In this document: positions 37,996-51,403 of the stretch, piece after piece | How the letters are laid out: every line of letters begins with the position of its first letter | How positions within the stretch are numbered: position 1 is the stretch's first letter | DNA from: Chiloscyllium plagiosum | Taxonomy: Eukaryota | Direction of reading: 5' to 3' | DNA: 64,000 nt | Assembly (NCBI RefSeq): GCF_004010195.1 | Contig: NC_057756.1 | Location: forward strand, 1,032,265 to 1,096,264 | The notes under the pieces: model-generated | The model's database searches: none | Told to the model about the DNA's origin: nothing | Seen by the model: the letters and a program-made list of their open reading frames with translations, nothing else | Program-made: the position numbers and the translations under genes

Positions 37996-40260
37996 CTTCA
38001 GCTAGTCGGCTCCCCCTACATGAGGGCTGTCTTATTGTCCAGTAGTAAGATAGTGACGGATACGAACAAGATGAGCAGCGGTTAGCCAAAAAAAAAACAA
38101 GGGAGAAGGAGGACTAGTGAAACGAAGGTGCTGCACTCGAAGGACGTTTCAAAGTGCAGAAAGGCATAAACCAAACAAAGTGGCTCTATGAATCAGGCAA
38201 TGAATAACCATAAACTTTCAAGCAGGAAGTAGTTTGTTAAAGGTTCAACAGATTTGAAATGAAATGATTCAAAAGTAGAACTTTTTAGGTTTAGGTCCAT
38301 AAATATAGATGGAGTACAAGGTAGTAATGAATACGTTTCTAACAAATAATACAATGGAGAACCAAGAATACACAAAATGCACATGACATTAGAAAATGAG
38401 AAACGACCAAAAAGGCAGAATCATTGTGGCAGCAGAAAGAAAGATAAAAAGCAGAATTGCTCTGAAATATGCATTTTATCCAAAATATTCGGCTTGTAGT
38501 CCTCATGATAGATCACAGGAAATACCAAAATAAAACGTAACGACATTTATAGTTCATGGTATAAGAGTGTGATTGGTTTCCAAGAGTAGTCTATTTAGTA
38601 AAGTTGTTGCCACAAACAATATATTAGTTTTTTTTGTTCCTTTCTAGAATAGACAGTTAGATTTTGATCAGTCAAGGTTTTAGCGCAGAAATGAACCAAA
38701 AAATGTTTGTCACATATTTTCCCGAGTTGGAACTGATGCACTTTGTTCATGCTATATCTCTTACAAAAAGAAAATGTCTTGTGTGTTTTTATGCATAGGA
38801 CAACATTTAAGAGCACCATTCCATGAGCCAGACAGATAATCTGAAATTTGTTAGCACAATTATTAACATATTCAGAATTGTTTAACAATTGTTGAACAAT
38901 TGGCAAAATGCATTTGTTTCAGAAATACACATGTTCTGTACTACCAAATGACTATAAAGGAGGAAGGTTTGTTAGTTCATTGGTGCTATGAGCCTATCGG
39001 AGAAAAGACCTCTTGGGGTATGGAAACTTGATATTTAGATAGTCAGTTATCTCAGGTAATTGGTTTGTAATGCACGAGGATACATGAAAAACACGGTTTC
39101 AATTCTGGCATTGACTGATTTTACCATAAACGACACTACTTCTCAAATTTTCACATGTCCTGAGGTGGGCTAACCTCCAGGCTGAGCGAACACCAGTCGG
39201 CTCTCCCTACATGAAAGCTGCCTTATCGTCCAGTAGTGGGATGGCGACTTTGCCATTTTGTTTCTGAGGTTTATGAACGCATTCAGATTGCTGCCAGGAT
39301 TGGGCGGACATGGAGAGGATTTGTTCTTTCCTCTAGTGTAAGAGGTTAAATATGTAGAATGTAAAGAAGAATGAAAAATGTCCCTTTTCATATCGATATG
39401 TGGCGAATTATGTTTCTCTCAATTAGGCGTGGAGTGTAGAATGCTCTTGCTCAGTAAATGGTGGAAGCCAGCTTGTTAACTTCATTCAAGGTTGTGCTTT
39501 AAATCTATTCGTGATCATCAAGAGATGTAGAGTGTGGACATCAAATGGAGCCAGGCATAATCAGATCAACCAAGATTTCATTGAATGATGGATGAGATTT
39601 TAATGTTATTACTTATTCACACTTGGGGCGTGGGTATCACTGGCTGGACCAGTATTTATTGCTTGTCACTAATTACCTTTACGAAGGTGATGGTGAGCTA
39701 CTTTCTTGAACTACTGCAAGGATCTGTGTCCTATTCGTGCTTCTAAGTCCTAGCTTCCCTATTCTTTTCATCACATTAGCCAAATACCACTGATCCCTTT
39801 CCAGGAAACAATATTTGAACAATTTGGTAGAGTCAGTCGCTAACCAGATCAAGACCATGGCTATCAGAGTAATCAGGGACAATTAGGGCAACAAATGTTG
39901 ATCATGCTGCCGTGGAGAATTAACAAAATTTCTGTTATGCTATGTGATCACAGACTCCCAAATCTCTCCAATATTAAGCATTTCAATTTTCATTTTTTTC
40001 CAGGGTCTGATGTAATGAAGTGTTAAAGAAGTGTTCGTATATTTGGGAACAACTGCAGGATCACAGAATCATGTGATCTTTCTCACAATAATGATTTTTA
40101 AAAATTGAGACATTCTTTCATTTTCATCAGTTGTTCAGTTCATGGTGTGTACACACACAAAACACCGCATTTGAAACTAAGTAAACAGGATTTCTCCAGC
40201 ATGGTTTCGTTTTGCGTGATTTAAAAACTCTCGATGTAAAATACCAAATAGTGAACTTAC

Positions 40261-40416
40261 AGGTTCCCAGATGACTGCTGGTATGCCAAGGTTTTTGCTA
40301 AAATCTCGAGTGATGTTCAATTCGTACCCACAAAACTCATAACGACTAGTTAGTCTGCTTTGGTCAAAATGGTAGTCGAATATGATAGGCAGCTTCTGTT
40401 CCTGCTGGGCAGTCAT
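40261..40416 (-). CDS. EEF1AKMT3-like: EEF1AKMT3/METTL21B-like lysine methyltransferase, first coding exon (MTAQQ...YEFCGYELNITRDFSKNLGIPAVIWEP)
   Basis: ATG at 40416 has an in-frame TGA two codons upstream. Donor gtaagt at 40260, phase 0. The FCG..L.IT..F...LG..A..W pattern is typical of METTL21B. Confidence 0.88.
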
Positions 40417-40555
40417 TATTCAACCTGGATTTTCTGCTGCTGATGATCCTGGCTTACGTTCGTATCCAGCGAGTTTTGGTCCAGATCAACTGAGATGAAC
40501 CTCTCCCCGTTGCAGAGGAATGTCTGGAGTGAATGAATCAATTTTGCACTGAGAT
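40417..40555 (-). other. Probable 5'UTR part of the first coding exon of the methyltransferase gene, implying an upstream non-coding exon
   Basis: Strong acceptor tctttgtttcctttgtatcttccag ends at 40556 on the minus strand, 139 nt upstream of the ATG. Confidence 0.5.
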
Positions 40556-40940
40556 CTGGAAGATACAAAGGAAACAAAGACAAGAGTGTGATAGTTGAAA
40601 ACTAAATAGGATGTTCTGAGGGAACCTCATTGTTAAATTAACAAAGTCAGATTGCATGTACTCAGCACAGAGGGCATTGACAATAAATATCAGCGAAGAC
40701 TCGCTTGCTTTTTCTTTTATAATGTAACCACATTGCACCAAGAGATTTAAATTTTCACTCCAAAGAGATACTATATATTAGAAGGTTAATGGACGGAATA
40801 GCTTGGTGCTATCATGTCTACACTATTGATCCAGTGACCCAGAAAATATTGTGGGAATTTGAATTTTAATCCGATAATGACAGATTGTGGAATTTGACTT
40901 CAATACATTTCCAGAATCAATAGTGTCATGATGACCATAA

Positions 40941-40983
40941 ATGTGTGTGTGTGTGTGTATGTGTGTGTGTGTTTGTGTGTGTT
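40941..40983. repeat. Imperfect (TG)n microsatellite
   Basis: Directly visible. Confidence 0.9.
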
Positions 40984-41279
40984 TGGTGGGGGGACATTGT
41001 GGGATTGGGGGGTTTGTTGGAGGACAGGGTGGAGGGAGGAAAAGTCCATCTGCCTCACCCTTGTCCACTCTCCTCACCTGGTCTCGCCCCGACATTTGAC
41101 CCCATCCTACAGTAATGTCACTAAATTGCCCTTTGAGCATTTAAGTTGGGGACAATACACCCTGGCCTAGCTATCCCGTGAATGATTCATAAAAGCAATT
41201 TTAAAATATTGGAGACTCAGACTAGGGAGATTCCACTCGAGTTTGCTGTGGACCTTTCAAACAATTTAGACAATTCTCC

Positions 41280-43847
41280 AAACACAATTAGGTTTTGCTA
41301 GAAAAGTTCAACTCTGAAAAGAAATCAAAGTTAATGTTTCGGGTCCAGTGACCCTTCCTCAGAACTGATGTAGCTTGGAAAATGTTGGTTTATCCACGGA
41401 AGATAAGGTGTTCGAGGGAGTTAGCAGTAAATGATAGGTCAGGATTGAGCCCAAAGGGAGAGAAGAACAGTTGTACAGACAAAGGAGTCCTTAAAGATCT
41501 GGCTGGGAGAGTGAATAGCTGTTGATGGAGACAATGAAAGACTAGCAATAGGTATTGTGGAAGGCAGACAATGTGGTAACAAGGCCGGATGTGTGTGGTA
41601 GGGGACTAAGACATGGAGCAGTTCAGGCTTGGAAATTATTGAGCTTCATATTGAGTCCAGAGGGCTGCAGGGTTCCCAAGCAGAAAATCAGTTGGTGTTC
41701 TTCCTGCTTGCGCTGTGCATTTCTGAAGCACTGCAGCAAGCCTGAGACAGAGATGCTGGCCAGGGAACTGGGTAACTGGACATTGTAAATTCAGGGTCTT
41801 TCTTGCATTCACCCAGTGGTGAGGAGATCACATTTTGAGCAGTGAATGCAGAATACCAGATCGTGGGAAGAACAGGTAAAGTGCTGCTTCAACTGGAAGG
41901 TATGCTTGGACTGTTAGATATTGAGAAGGCAGGATGAAAATGGCCAAATGTTACACTTGCGTCAGTTTTAGAGGAATGTGCCTTGGGCTGAGACTAAATT
42001 GTTTGGAGTAAAGGAAGTCTGGGTCAGGGTGCTCCAGTGGGATTGCTTCCTGTAGAAGGTAGACGGGGATTGGGAGGGATATATGTGTCTGGTGGTGGCA
42101 CCTCGCTGTAGATGTTAGAAATGCAGCTGATGATCTTCCGAATGTGAATGCTTGTGGATAGCAGGTAAGGACAAGGGGAACCCTATTACTGCAGCAGTAG
42201 GAAAGAGAGGGGTTGAGAGCTGAGAGGGGTTCTGTCAAGAATGGTTCTGGGGAATCCTTGGTTGAAGAAGATGAAGGTGGACTTTTCGGAGTTGAAGTTG
42301 GCCTCATCAGAACAAATGCAAAAGAGAGAAGAACTGGGAGAATGAAATGGAGTCTTTACAGGAAACAGGGTGCAAGGATGAAAAGTCCAGGTAGTTGTTG
42401 GAGTCAGTGGTTTTATAGTGAACATTAGTGACCAGTCTATCTCCAGAAATGGAAACAGAGATGCCAAGGAAGGGAAGGGAAGAGCCATCGATAGAACAGG
42501 TGAAAGTGAGGGTCGGGTGAAAAATGCAAGTGGAATTGCAATTCTAATTTTGGATGAGAGTTGAAAGCAGCATCGATGATAGCATCAATATATCGGAGAA
42601 AGAGCTGTGGGTCGAGACCTGAAAAGGACTGGAACAAAGATTTTCCATGTATCCCACGAAGGCACCAGCAAAACTGGGGCCCGTGTGAGTGCCCATTGCC
42701 ACTCCTCTGACCTAATGTTAGAAGAGAAGTTGTTGAGGGCGAGGACGAGTTTGGCCAAGCAGAGAAGGGTTGGCGGTGGGTAGGGTTGGTTCAGGCCTTT
42801 GCTCCAGGAAGAAGCAGAGTGACCACCCTGGTAAGGGCTAGATGAGTAAAGAGTTTGCAAGTCCATGGTAAGGAGGAGGCGGCTGGAGCCTGTAAACAAG
42901 AAAGTCCAAAACTGGCAAAGCGTCAGAGCAATCACAGATATGCGTGGGCAGGAACTGGACCAGAGGAGAAAAGACTGAGCCAATGTAGGAATAGACCCAT
43001 AGGGAACATTCCCTCCAGGACACTATGGTCCACTCACAACACACTTCCACAGCCCCATGGCACCTTTTCCTGAAACCACCAAAGCTATAATGCCTGCCCA
43101 TTTACCTCCTCCCTCCTCAGCGTCCAAGGGCCCAAATATACCTTCCAGCAATTTAACAACGCTTATTATAATTTAGTGTATTGCATTTGCTGCTCACAGT
43201 GTGGTCTTCTATACATTGGGTAAACAAAGCATAGACTGGCTAACTGCTTCACATAACATCTATGTTCTGCCCGCAAGAATGACCATGAACTTCCAGTTGC
43301 CTGCCACTTTAACATGCCACTCTATTCCCTGGCCAATGGCTCTCTCTCTCAGACTTACTTTATACTCTGGAGAAGCTCAGCACAAGCTGTAAGAACAACA
43401 CCTCATTTTTCACTTGGGGACACTGGAGCCCTGTGGACTCAAAATAATTTTCAGGTTTGAATTCTCCCTTGTCCTAGCCCCGTACCACACACATCAGGCC
43501 TTGTTATCATATAATCTGACATTAAACATTATCTATTGTTAGTTACTACCAGTCTACATTAACAACTATTCACCCTCCCAACTATATCATTATCGACTCC
43601 TTTGTCTGTTCAACTGTTCTTCTCTCTCCTTTGGCTCTCTCCCTATCTATGTTTACTTCCTAACACCTCCTCCACCCTAACTTCTGCATATAAACTGACA
43701 TTTTCTAAGCTATCATCAGTTATGAGGGAGGGTCACTGATTGCGAAATGCTAACTTTGATTTCTCTGCACAGATGCTGGCAGATGTGCTGAGCTTTTCCA
43801 GCATTTTGTTTTCATTTACAGCATCCGCAGTTCTTTAGGTTTTCGTG
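41280..43847. mobile_element. Penelope-like element with RT remnant, GIY-YIG endonuclease remnants and inverted 3' ends
   Basis: Minus-strand RT FLRYIDAII (42437-42637). Plus-strand NLVYCICCSQCGLLYIG (~43170-43220). Hammerhead-like motifs at both ends. TSD caattctcc at 41271-41279 and 43848-43856. Confidence 0.85.
41329..41366 (-). ncRNA. Minimal hammerhead ribozyme motif of a third family
   Basis: aguu-CUGAGGA-A-GGGUC-ACUG-GACCC-GAAA-CAUU-aacu: perfect stems I and II; the ACGU palindrome appears CpG-decayed to ACAU. Confidence 0.65.
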
Positions 43848-46019
43848 CAATTCTCCTGTATGGCTAATCCCATTATAACTTCATTTGCATTTTTAACAAA
43901 GACTCATTCTGCCTGTCGCCAGTACAGATATACAAGTTTCTACTGAATCGGAACATTTCTTCCAGTCTTATTTTCTGGTTTGATATCTGACACTTGTTGT
44001 AGTGAGGCAGTCAGAGATCAGTAGAACTTGTAAAGATGAGTATCAATATCATCGGCCCAGTGCAATTCTTCATTCCCAATGCTGTTATGGCAACAGTTGT
44101 CGTTACAAGCAGCAAATGGAATCTAAAGCATTCGGGTTTCTCCCCAAGTATTACAAAAAAACCCCCTGCCGTTTGGCAGTCATAGTACAGAAGCTTATGA
44201 AATACTCCAGTCATAAAGTTGTAAAGCAAGGAACCAGACCTCCTCCATGCCTCTATATTAATCTAGTCCGATTTGTCAGCATTTCCTCCTTATCCCTCTC
44301 AACCCATCCTAAGGCTAGAGTAATCCACATGTATTTTAAATGTTGTGAGGTACAAGATTCCAACGCTTCCTCTGGCAGCTCATTTCACACATGTGCCATC
44401 CTCTGCATGAAAAACTCGCCCCTTAGGTCCTTTTTAAATCTTTCCCCTCTCAACGCAAACCCTCTACCTTGGGAAAAACCTTGACTATTTACCCTTTCCA
44501 TATGTGATGGCAATGGCACTGAAATCAATATACCTAGATCCACTCTCTGTTGTAAAGCCCGGATTCAAATTTAAATACTAGTGACATATTTGTTCAGTTA
44601 AAAAATCCCAAATTTAAACAATGGCCGTACAACCTCTTTTTTGTTAAACACCATCCAGTTCAATTATAGCCTTTAAAAAGTTACACTTTTTGTTGAGAGA
44701 ATGACACCGAGGTTAATTGTAGCTCCATACCTATAGTAATACTGTTAATGTCTTAACGGCTATAGTAAATGTCCTCACAAGCTTGGATCTTCCGTAGCTT
44801 GGGATGGGCAGCCAATGTTGGCGGTGCTGAAACCGCCATGCATGGAGCAAGCCAATTAAAGATCATCTTAGCAATTCCAAGTAGAAGCCTTCAACCTAAT
44901 TAAGATCTGTTACACCCTCTATTCCTTCTAACGTTCAAATTGTATTTAGATATATTATTCAGAAATTTCTCACTGTTATTCCGTGATGTGGATCCGACTT
45001 CGGTGCTCTGCAGTTGACTGGCGGACTTGGATGGGCAATGAGCTCACAATGAAACTGGTCCTTGTTTTTAACTGGTGACAGTATCTTTAATTTGTAACAT
45101 CTTCACTTGTATATTTTGCTTGATGATTTGAAACTGTTACAAAATGCAGGAGTTGCTTTGGCAACAATGCCTTCCTTTGAATGAGCACCAATAACACTTG
45201 GCATCAAATTGTAATGTTATATTAGTGGGACATTGAGTACTGCTTTTGCTATCCTAATCCGTGAATCCTTAGCTTCGAACTGCCCTATAGACAAAAGCCT
45301 TCCTGAATCTGTATTCACTTCTGGAATTTCACAGGTTAACACTGGTATAAAGAAACTTTGCCAGGAAACCCCATGTAATCCCAATTTCAGATAATGTTTA
45401 TTGGACAAGTAACCAAGAATCTCTTGCTTTTGGACGACTTTGTAATTTCAGAAAAGTTTCCTCATATTGTTCTCAAAGAGTAACCCGTTGTCAGGCAATA
45501 ATTACTTCTTAATGAGAATAGATATCCGGCTCTTACTCAATCCTGTCCGCTGAAGAATTGGGAAATAATGGCGACCAGAATTGGACAGAACGTTATAATA
45601 ACTCTTGCTAAAGATATGGACTTCTTGCAACATGTTGCAATGCGGAGCTTTGAGAGTATTCACGTACTTCAGCAAAATTGTGCGTAGTGTGACAGTCAAG
45701 GTCAGGACTCAGAGTCCACAGATTTCGTGGCAGCAATGCAGAAACTGGGTCTCTTATGAACATATAAAATACAAAATTGCAGTAGGTAATTTTACTCTGA
45801 GCCTGCTCCTCAATTCAGATGTTCGCAGCTGTTCAGTCTTTGCTTCGAAATCTCGATTTCCAGCCATTCCGAATTGTCTTTCATCACAAAAATTAAACAA
45901 AGAACTGAAAGTTTTTTTAGTTAGAATGTAAGCATGGAGCAGTGCAACACAGGCACAGACCCTTTGGCCCATTAGTTTTGCGCTAATCATAATGCTATTT
46001 AAACTATTACCATCAGCGT

Positions 46020-46995
46020 GCATATAGTCCTCATTCCTCTTTGATTTTCATCTTCATTTGTCTGTCTAAATGCCTTTTAAACTTTTCTGTCCTTTGCGCT
46101 GCTGCCACATTCTCATACTTACTACATTCTGTTTTTCCAAAAAAACAATCTTTGCTCATCTGAATTAATCCACCGCCCCCCACCAAAACCACCACCAACG
46201 TGACCCTCCCCCTCCCAAATCACCTTTCACATATGTTCCCTAGTATTTGACATTTCACATTTTGGAAGGAGACTCTGGCTACGCACCCAATTTATGCCTC
46301 CCATAATTTTATTTACTGCTATCATACCAACCCTCAGCCTCTGATACCTTAGCAATAACAATCCTAGTAAATCCATACACTTGTTCGATCTAATACACTC
46401 TAATCTAGGCAAGGTTTTATCAAGCTCTTCTGCACCTTCTCCAAACACTCCAGTGCAGCGACCAACTGTAAACAGTATTCCTAATGTGACCTGATCGAAA
46501 CTCTGACACACTTGCAGCATGACTTGTTCACTTTATACTCAATGGCCTAGCTGATGAAGGCAAGCATACTGCATACCTTCTCGACCACCGTTTCCACTTT
46601 CTGGGAGCTATGAACTTGGACACCAAGATCTCTCCACATGGCTGTGCTCCTAAGAGTTCAGCCAGTTACAGTATGCTTCTCTTGCATTTGACCTTCCAAA
46701 ATGCATCATCCATCACTTGCTCAGATTGTATGCCACTTCTCTGTAGCGCTTTCTCGTTGATCTTTATCCTGCTGTATCCTTTGATATCCTTTATGACTAT
46801 CTACAACTCCACAAAAGTTCTCGTCCTCTGCAGTGCTCCAATCGAACTAGCTACATTTTCACTGAAATGCTTGTATATAGTATAGGTTGCACACAGCAGA
46901 GGTCCCAGCTCGATCTTTGCGAGACTCTAATGCTCACAGAACTTAAATAGAAAAACACTCCTCTACAATTGTCCTCCGGTTCTATAGTCAAGCCA
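46020..46995 (-). mobile_element. Old CR1 RT/3' fragment
   Basis: Degenerate CR1 C-terminal translation (46227-46520) and RT-region DNA. Confidence 0.65.
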
Positions 46996-46997
46996 GT

Positions 46998-48275
46998 GGG
47001 AAGAAAGCAGAGTTAGCGTTTTGTGTCCAGCGATTCTTTATCACAACTGCTAGCAGCTAGGAAGAAAATGTAGCTTTTATGCTGAAGCCGAACTTGGGAG
47101 TTGCGTGCTGGCAGAGGTCTGATGTGAACATATAAGTGGGATGGAGACAGATATATGAAAAAGATAGTTAAACAAGAAGGTTGTGGATAGCATGTCAGGA
47201 CAAAAGGAAAATTGAATAGCGATAACAAGAGCTAAGACCAGGACAGAATAGGCGAATGCACTGAATGTAACCCGTGATTGCGTTAAGTAAAAGTAATTCC
47301 ATGACATAACAAGAGCAGAGCAGTTGTGTGGTTGGTAAAGAAACATAAAAGGATGAAATCCGACTCTAAAGGTATTGATCTTGATGTTGAGTCACAAACG
47401 CTGCAGACTCTACAAGCAGAAAATTCATTGTCTTTTTAGCTTAAACTGAGGCTTGCAGGAACACTGCAGCAAGCCTACGACAGAAATATTGGCCAGTGAA
47501 CGTGGTGGTGTGTTGAAATTACAGTCAATTGGAGGCTTGAGGTCACGCTTACAGGCTAAACAGAATATAGATGTTCTGCAAAGCAGTCACCCGTCAGTAT
47601 TTCGCTTCCTTGGTGTAGGAGAGTCAACATTGTGAACAGTGAATACAGTAGTTGGGATTGAATGAAGCGCAGGTAGTTCATTGCTTCAAGTGGAAGGTAT
47701 GCTGAGGGTCTTGGATGGAGAGAATGGAGTGTCGAAATGGCAGTTATTGCACCTGCTTGGATTGCATTGGAAGATAATGTGAGGATGAGAGGAGACGACA
47801 GAAATTGGGGAGCATTGGACCAGAGTGTCTCAGAGGAAATGGTCCTTGAGAATGCTGATTTGGGAGGGAAGTGAATTATGCATTTGGTCGTGTCATCCCG
47901 TTGGAGTTAGTGGAAAAAGTAGTTTACAATTCTTCGGATGCAGAGGGCCTGAGGTATCTTATCAATGTTTTGGGAGAGAAAGAAAGGGGTGAGGGCTGAA
48001 GGTCGGGAGGTAGGTCAAGCCTGACTAAGAGCCCTGACGACTGCAGTAGTGGGAAACCTTCGTTGAAGATAAAAGGCGACATTTCTGTAGTGCTTCTGTG
48101 GAAGATGGCATAATTTGAACAGAAGTGACGGAGACAGAGAGACTAATATAATGGGATAGAGTCCTTATAGGAAGCAACGTGTGATGATGTATCTTCGAGG
48201 CAGCTGTGGGGGTCGGTTTGTTTGAAGTATATATTAAGGGCCATCCTATCCCCAGAAAAGGAAACAGAAATGGTT
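46998..48275 (-). mobile_element. Old Penelope-like remnant
   Basis: Colinear similarity to 41320-42460 (cactgcagcaagcct, tgcttca..tggaaggtatgct, ctat..ccagaaa.ggaaacaga). Confidence 0.7.
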
Positions 48276-49629
48276 GAGTTTGAGTTTGATTTATTGTTGT
48301 CACATGTACTAAGACAAAGTGAAAAATGTTATTTTGCATGGTATGCAGGCAGATCATATTTTACAAAGTGCACTAGGATAGTGGAATAAAATGCAGAATA
48401 GTGTTACAGCTCTACGGACGGTGCTGAGAAAAATCAGATTTGGTGATTGAGGGGTCTGTTCAAAAGTCCGATAACAGCGGGGAAGAAGCTGTTCCTGATT
48501 CTGTTCAAACTTGAATGGAGGGTTTGAGATATAAAAAGAGGCGGGAAAGGCTGGGATGTTTTTTTTACACGAAAGCATAGGAGGTTGAGGAGAACCCTGT
48601 TAAGATTTATAGAATCATGAGGGACATAGCCAACGTGAATGACAAGGGTCTTTTCTTTGGGGTGCGGGAGGTCAAAGGTGGTGGGCAGGTATTTTTAAGG
48701 CAAGAGGAGAAAGATTTAAAAATGACACCGGGGCAACCATATTACACAGAGTGGTTTATGTGTTTAATGGACTTCCAGAGAATGTGGTAGGAGTAGGTGT
48801 AGATACCAGGTTTGAAAGACATCTGGATAAGTTCATGAGTAGGAATGGTTTGAAAGGATAAGGGCCAAGTGCAGGGAGGTGGGAATAATTTAGTTTGGAA
48901 ACGTAGTTGATGTGGACTTTTCGGACCAAAGGGGCTGTTTCCAAGCCGTATGGCGTTATAACTATGACTGTGTATTTAAACTTTTATATCTGCTGTCCGA
49001 CAGAAGAGGGTGGAAGGGAGTATAAAAAGGGATGGGACTTTGATTATGTTAGTTGCTGTAGCGAGGCAACGGGCAGTACAGATGTAGTCAATGCATGGAA
49101 GGCTATTTTGCTTCATGGACTGGGGTATACTCACAACTCTCTACAGTTTGTTGCGGCTTTGGAATCAGCAGTTGGCACACACTGCTGTGATGTATCCAGA
49201 TAGGATACTTTCTATGGTGCATCTATACAAATTACTATGAGTCCTTGTAGAAGTGCCGAATTTCCTTAGCCACCTGAGGAAGTAGAGACATCGTTGTGCT
49301 TTCTTGAACATCGACATAGGACGATTGCAGAGTGTTGTTGAGTATCACTCTCAGGAACTTGACAATCTCGATCAGCTCGATCTCAGCAGAACTGATACAG
49401 GCGTGCCTTCCATTCTGCTTCCTATAGCCAAAGTTCACCTCCTCTGTTTTGCTGACATTGATGGAAAAATCGTTGCCTTTATACCACATCGTTAAGCACT
49501 CAATTACTTTCCCGCATTCTGTTTTGTAATTGTTTGAGATCTGACCGTCAACAGTAGCGTCCTTAGCAAATTTGTAAATGGAGTTGAGGTGGAATTTGTC
49601 TATACAATCGTGAGTGCATAAGGAATATA

Positions 49630-49839
49630 AAGTTAAAAATCACACAACACCAGGTTATAGTCCAACAGGTTTAATTGGAAGCACACTAGCTTTCGGAGCG
49701 ACGCTCCTTCATCAGGTGATTGATGAAGGAGCGTCGCTCCAAAAGCTAGTGTGCTTAAAATTAAACCTGTTGGACTATAACCTGGTGTTGTGTGATTTTT
49801 AACTTTGTACACCCCAGTCCAACACCGGCATCTCCGAAT
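49630..49839. mobile_element. 210-bp hairpin insertion, probably pLTR of a second Penelope family
   Basis: About 85-bp near-perfect inverted arms around a 6-nt loop, one-sided ~33-nt tail. 13-bp TSD cataaggaatata at 49617-49629 and 49840-49852. Hammerhead core present. Confidence 0.82.
49684..49718 (-). ncRNA. Minimal hammerhead ribozyme motif of a second family, core intact
   Basis: cac-CUGAUGA-A-GGAGC-GUC-GCUCC-GAAA-GCUA-gug: stem I cac/gug, 5-bp stem II, palindromic AGCU. Confidence 0.7.
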
Positions 49840-51403
49840 CATAAGGAATATAGTAAAAGACTGAGTAGACAGCTTTGTGTTGAAGATTATGGTGGGAAAG
49901 GTGCTGTCATCGTTTGTGATCTTTGGCTCAAGAAGGAGAAGGTACAGTTACAGATGGGGAACTGAGACCTAGGTCGAGGAGTTTGGGGATGAGTTTATTT
50001 AGAACAGTTTGAAGGTGGAACTATAGTCAATACGTAGGAGCCTGACGTAGGTAATCTTGTTATCCAGATGTTCCAGGGCTGAATGTCGGGCCAGGGAGAT
50101 GGCGTTTGCTGTCAATCTGTTTCATCAATAGGCGAGTTAGAAAGTATCATGGAAATGGGGTAAGCTTAAACTGATGTGAGCCATGACTAACCTCTCGAAG
50201 CACTTCAGAATAATTGATGTTAAGGCCATCGGGCATTAGTCATTGAGGCAACTGCATAATTTATTTTTTTAATCACCGGGATGATGCTGGTCTTCTAGAG
50301 CAGGTGGAAATTCAAATCATAGCAGGGAGACGTTAAAGATGCCTGTGAATACGCCCACCGGCTGTTCTACACAGGATCTGATTGCATGGCCAGGGACTCC
50401 ATCTGGGCCAGTTGCTTTCAATGTGTTCAGTCACATGAAGGCCGATCAAATACCTGCGGTGTTGACCATGGGTACAATTGCAGCCAAAGCTGTTTGGATT
50501 AGTGACATCGTTTCACTGATCGTCTGTTCAAAATCCACATAGAATACATTGAGCTAGTTGGGTAAGGGTGTACTTTTGCCTGTGATTCGAATTTTCTTTG
50601 TATCCAATTATTTGCATAAGCCTTGCCACAAATGACGTGAGGTTTGTGCCTTTAATAGACTTCTGAAGATAGTATATGGATTTCCTGTAAAGGTCAGGAT
50701 TGCTCGATTTGAAAGCCGCAGACTAAGACTTCAGTAGTGAATGGATCTCCCAGTTCATCCATAGTTTCCAATTGTGGAACATTTGTGTTAATTCTTCGGC
50801 ATGCCGTCTTCTGCACTGTTACTACTGAAGTCTATGAGGGTATTGGCATACACATTTACTTTAGCTACTGAGTTCTTGAATATGGACCAGCCCAGTGACT
50901 CTAAGCAGTCTCATAGATGCCCGTTCATTGCCTCAGGCCAGTACTGTACATTTGCTTTTGTATTGGGGCCTCACGCTTCAATTTCTGCTTGTCAACCGGG
51001 TGGAGGAGCACAGCATTGTGGTCTGATTTTCCAAAGTATGGATGGGCTTGGAACGGTAGGCATCTTTGATGGTTGTATCGTAATGGGAAAGGATATGTGG
51101 ACCTCTTCTGGACAGAACAGGTGTTGATGCATTTTGGTAGTTGTTCTTGAGCTTAGATTGGTTGAAATTACCGGTTATGATGAATAAGACCTCGCCGTAT
51201 TATATCTCAAGCCTGTTCGTAGCGATATATGTCTCATCAGCTGTGTTCTTCACTTCCACATGGAGTGTGGTGTAGTCTTCTGTCAGTATAGTTGAGGTGA
51301 TCTCGCATGGTACGGAGTGGGGGATGGCACTTTACCGTAAGATGTTTTCGGTCTGGGGCGCAGTTACTCACCAGGGTCGCCACATCTGAGCACCAGGAGG
51401 CAT

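Larger units (their letters stand above)
48282..51395 (-). mobile_element. Degenerate Rex1/Babar-like LINE with nested CR1 (48545-48970, +) and Penelope hairpin (49630-49839)
   Basis: Minus-strand KATGPDGVPGHAIRSCVEQPVGVFTGIFNVSL (~50330-50420) and INVSKTEE...KFL (49235-49489). 3' tail (tcaaac)n at ~48285. Confidence 0.7.

Noticed and set aside
44002..44484. 160-aa plus-strand ORF
   Set aside because: GTG start, no recognisable domain, and the second half is antisense CR1 3' UTR.
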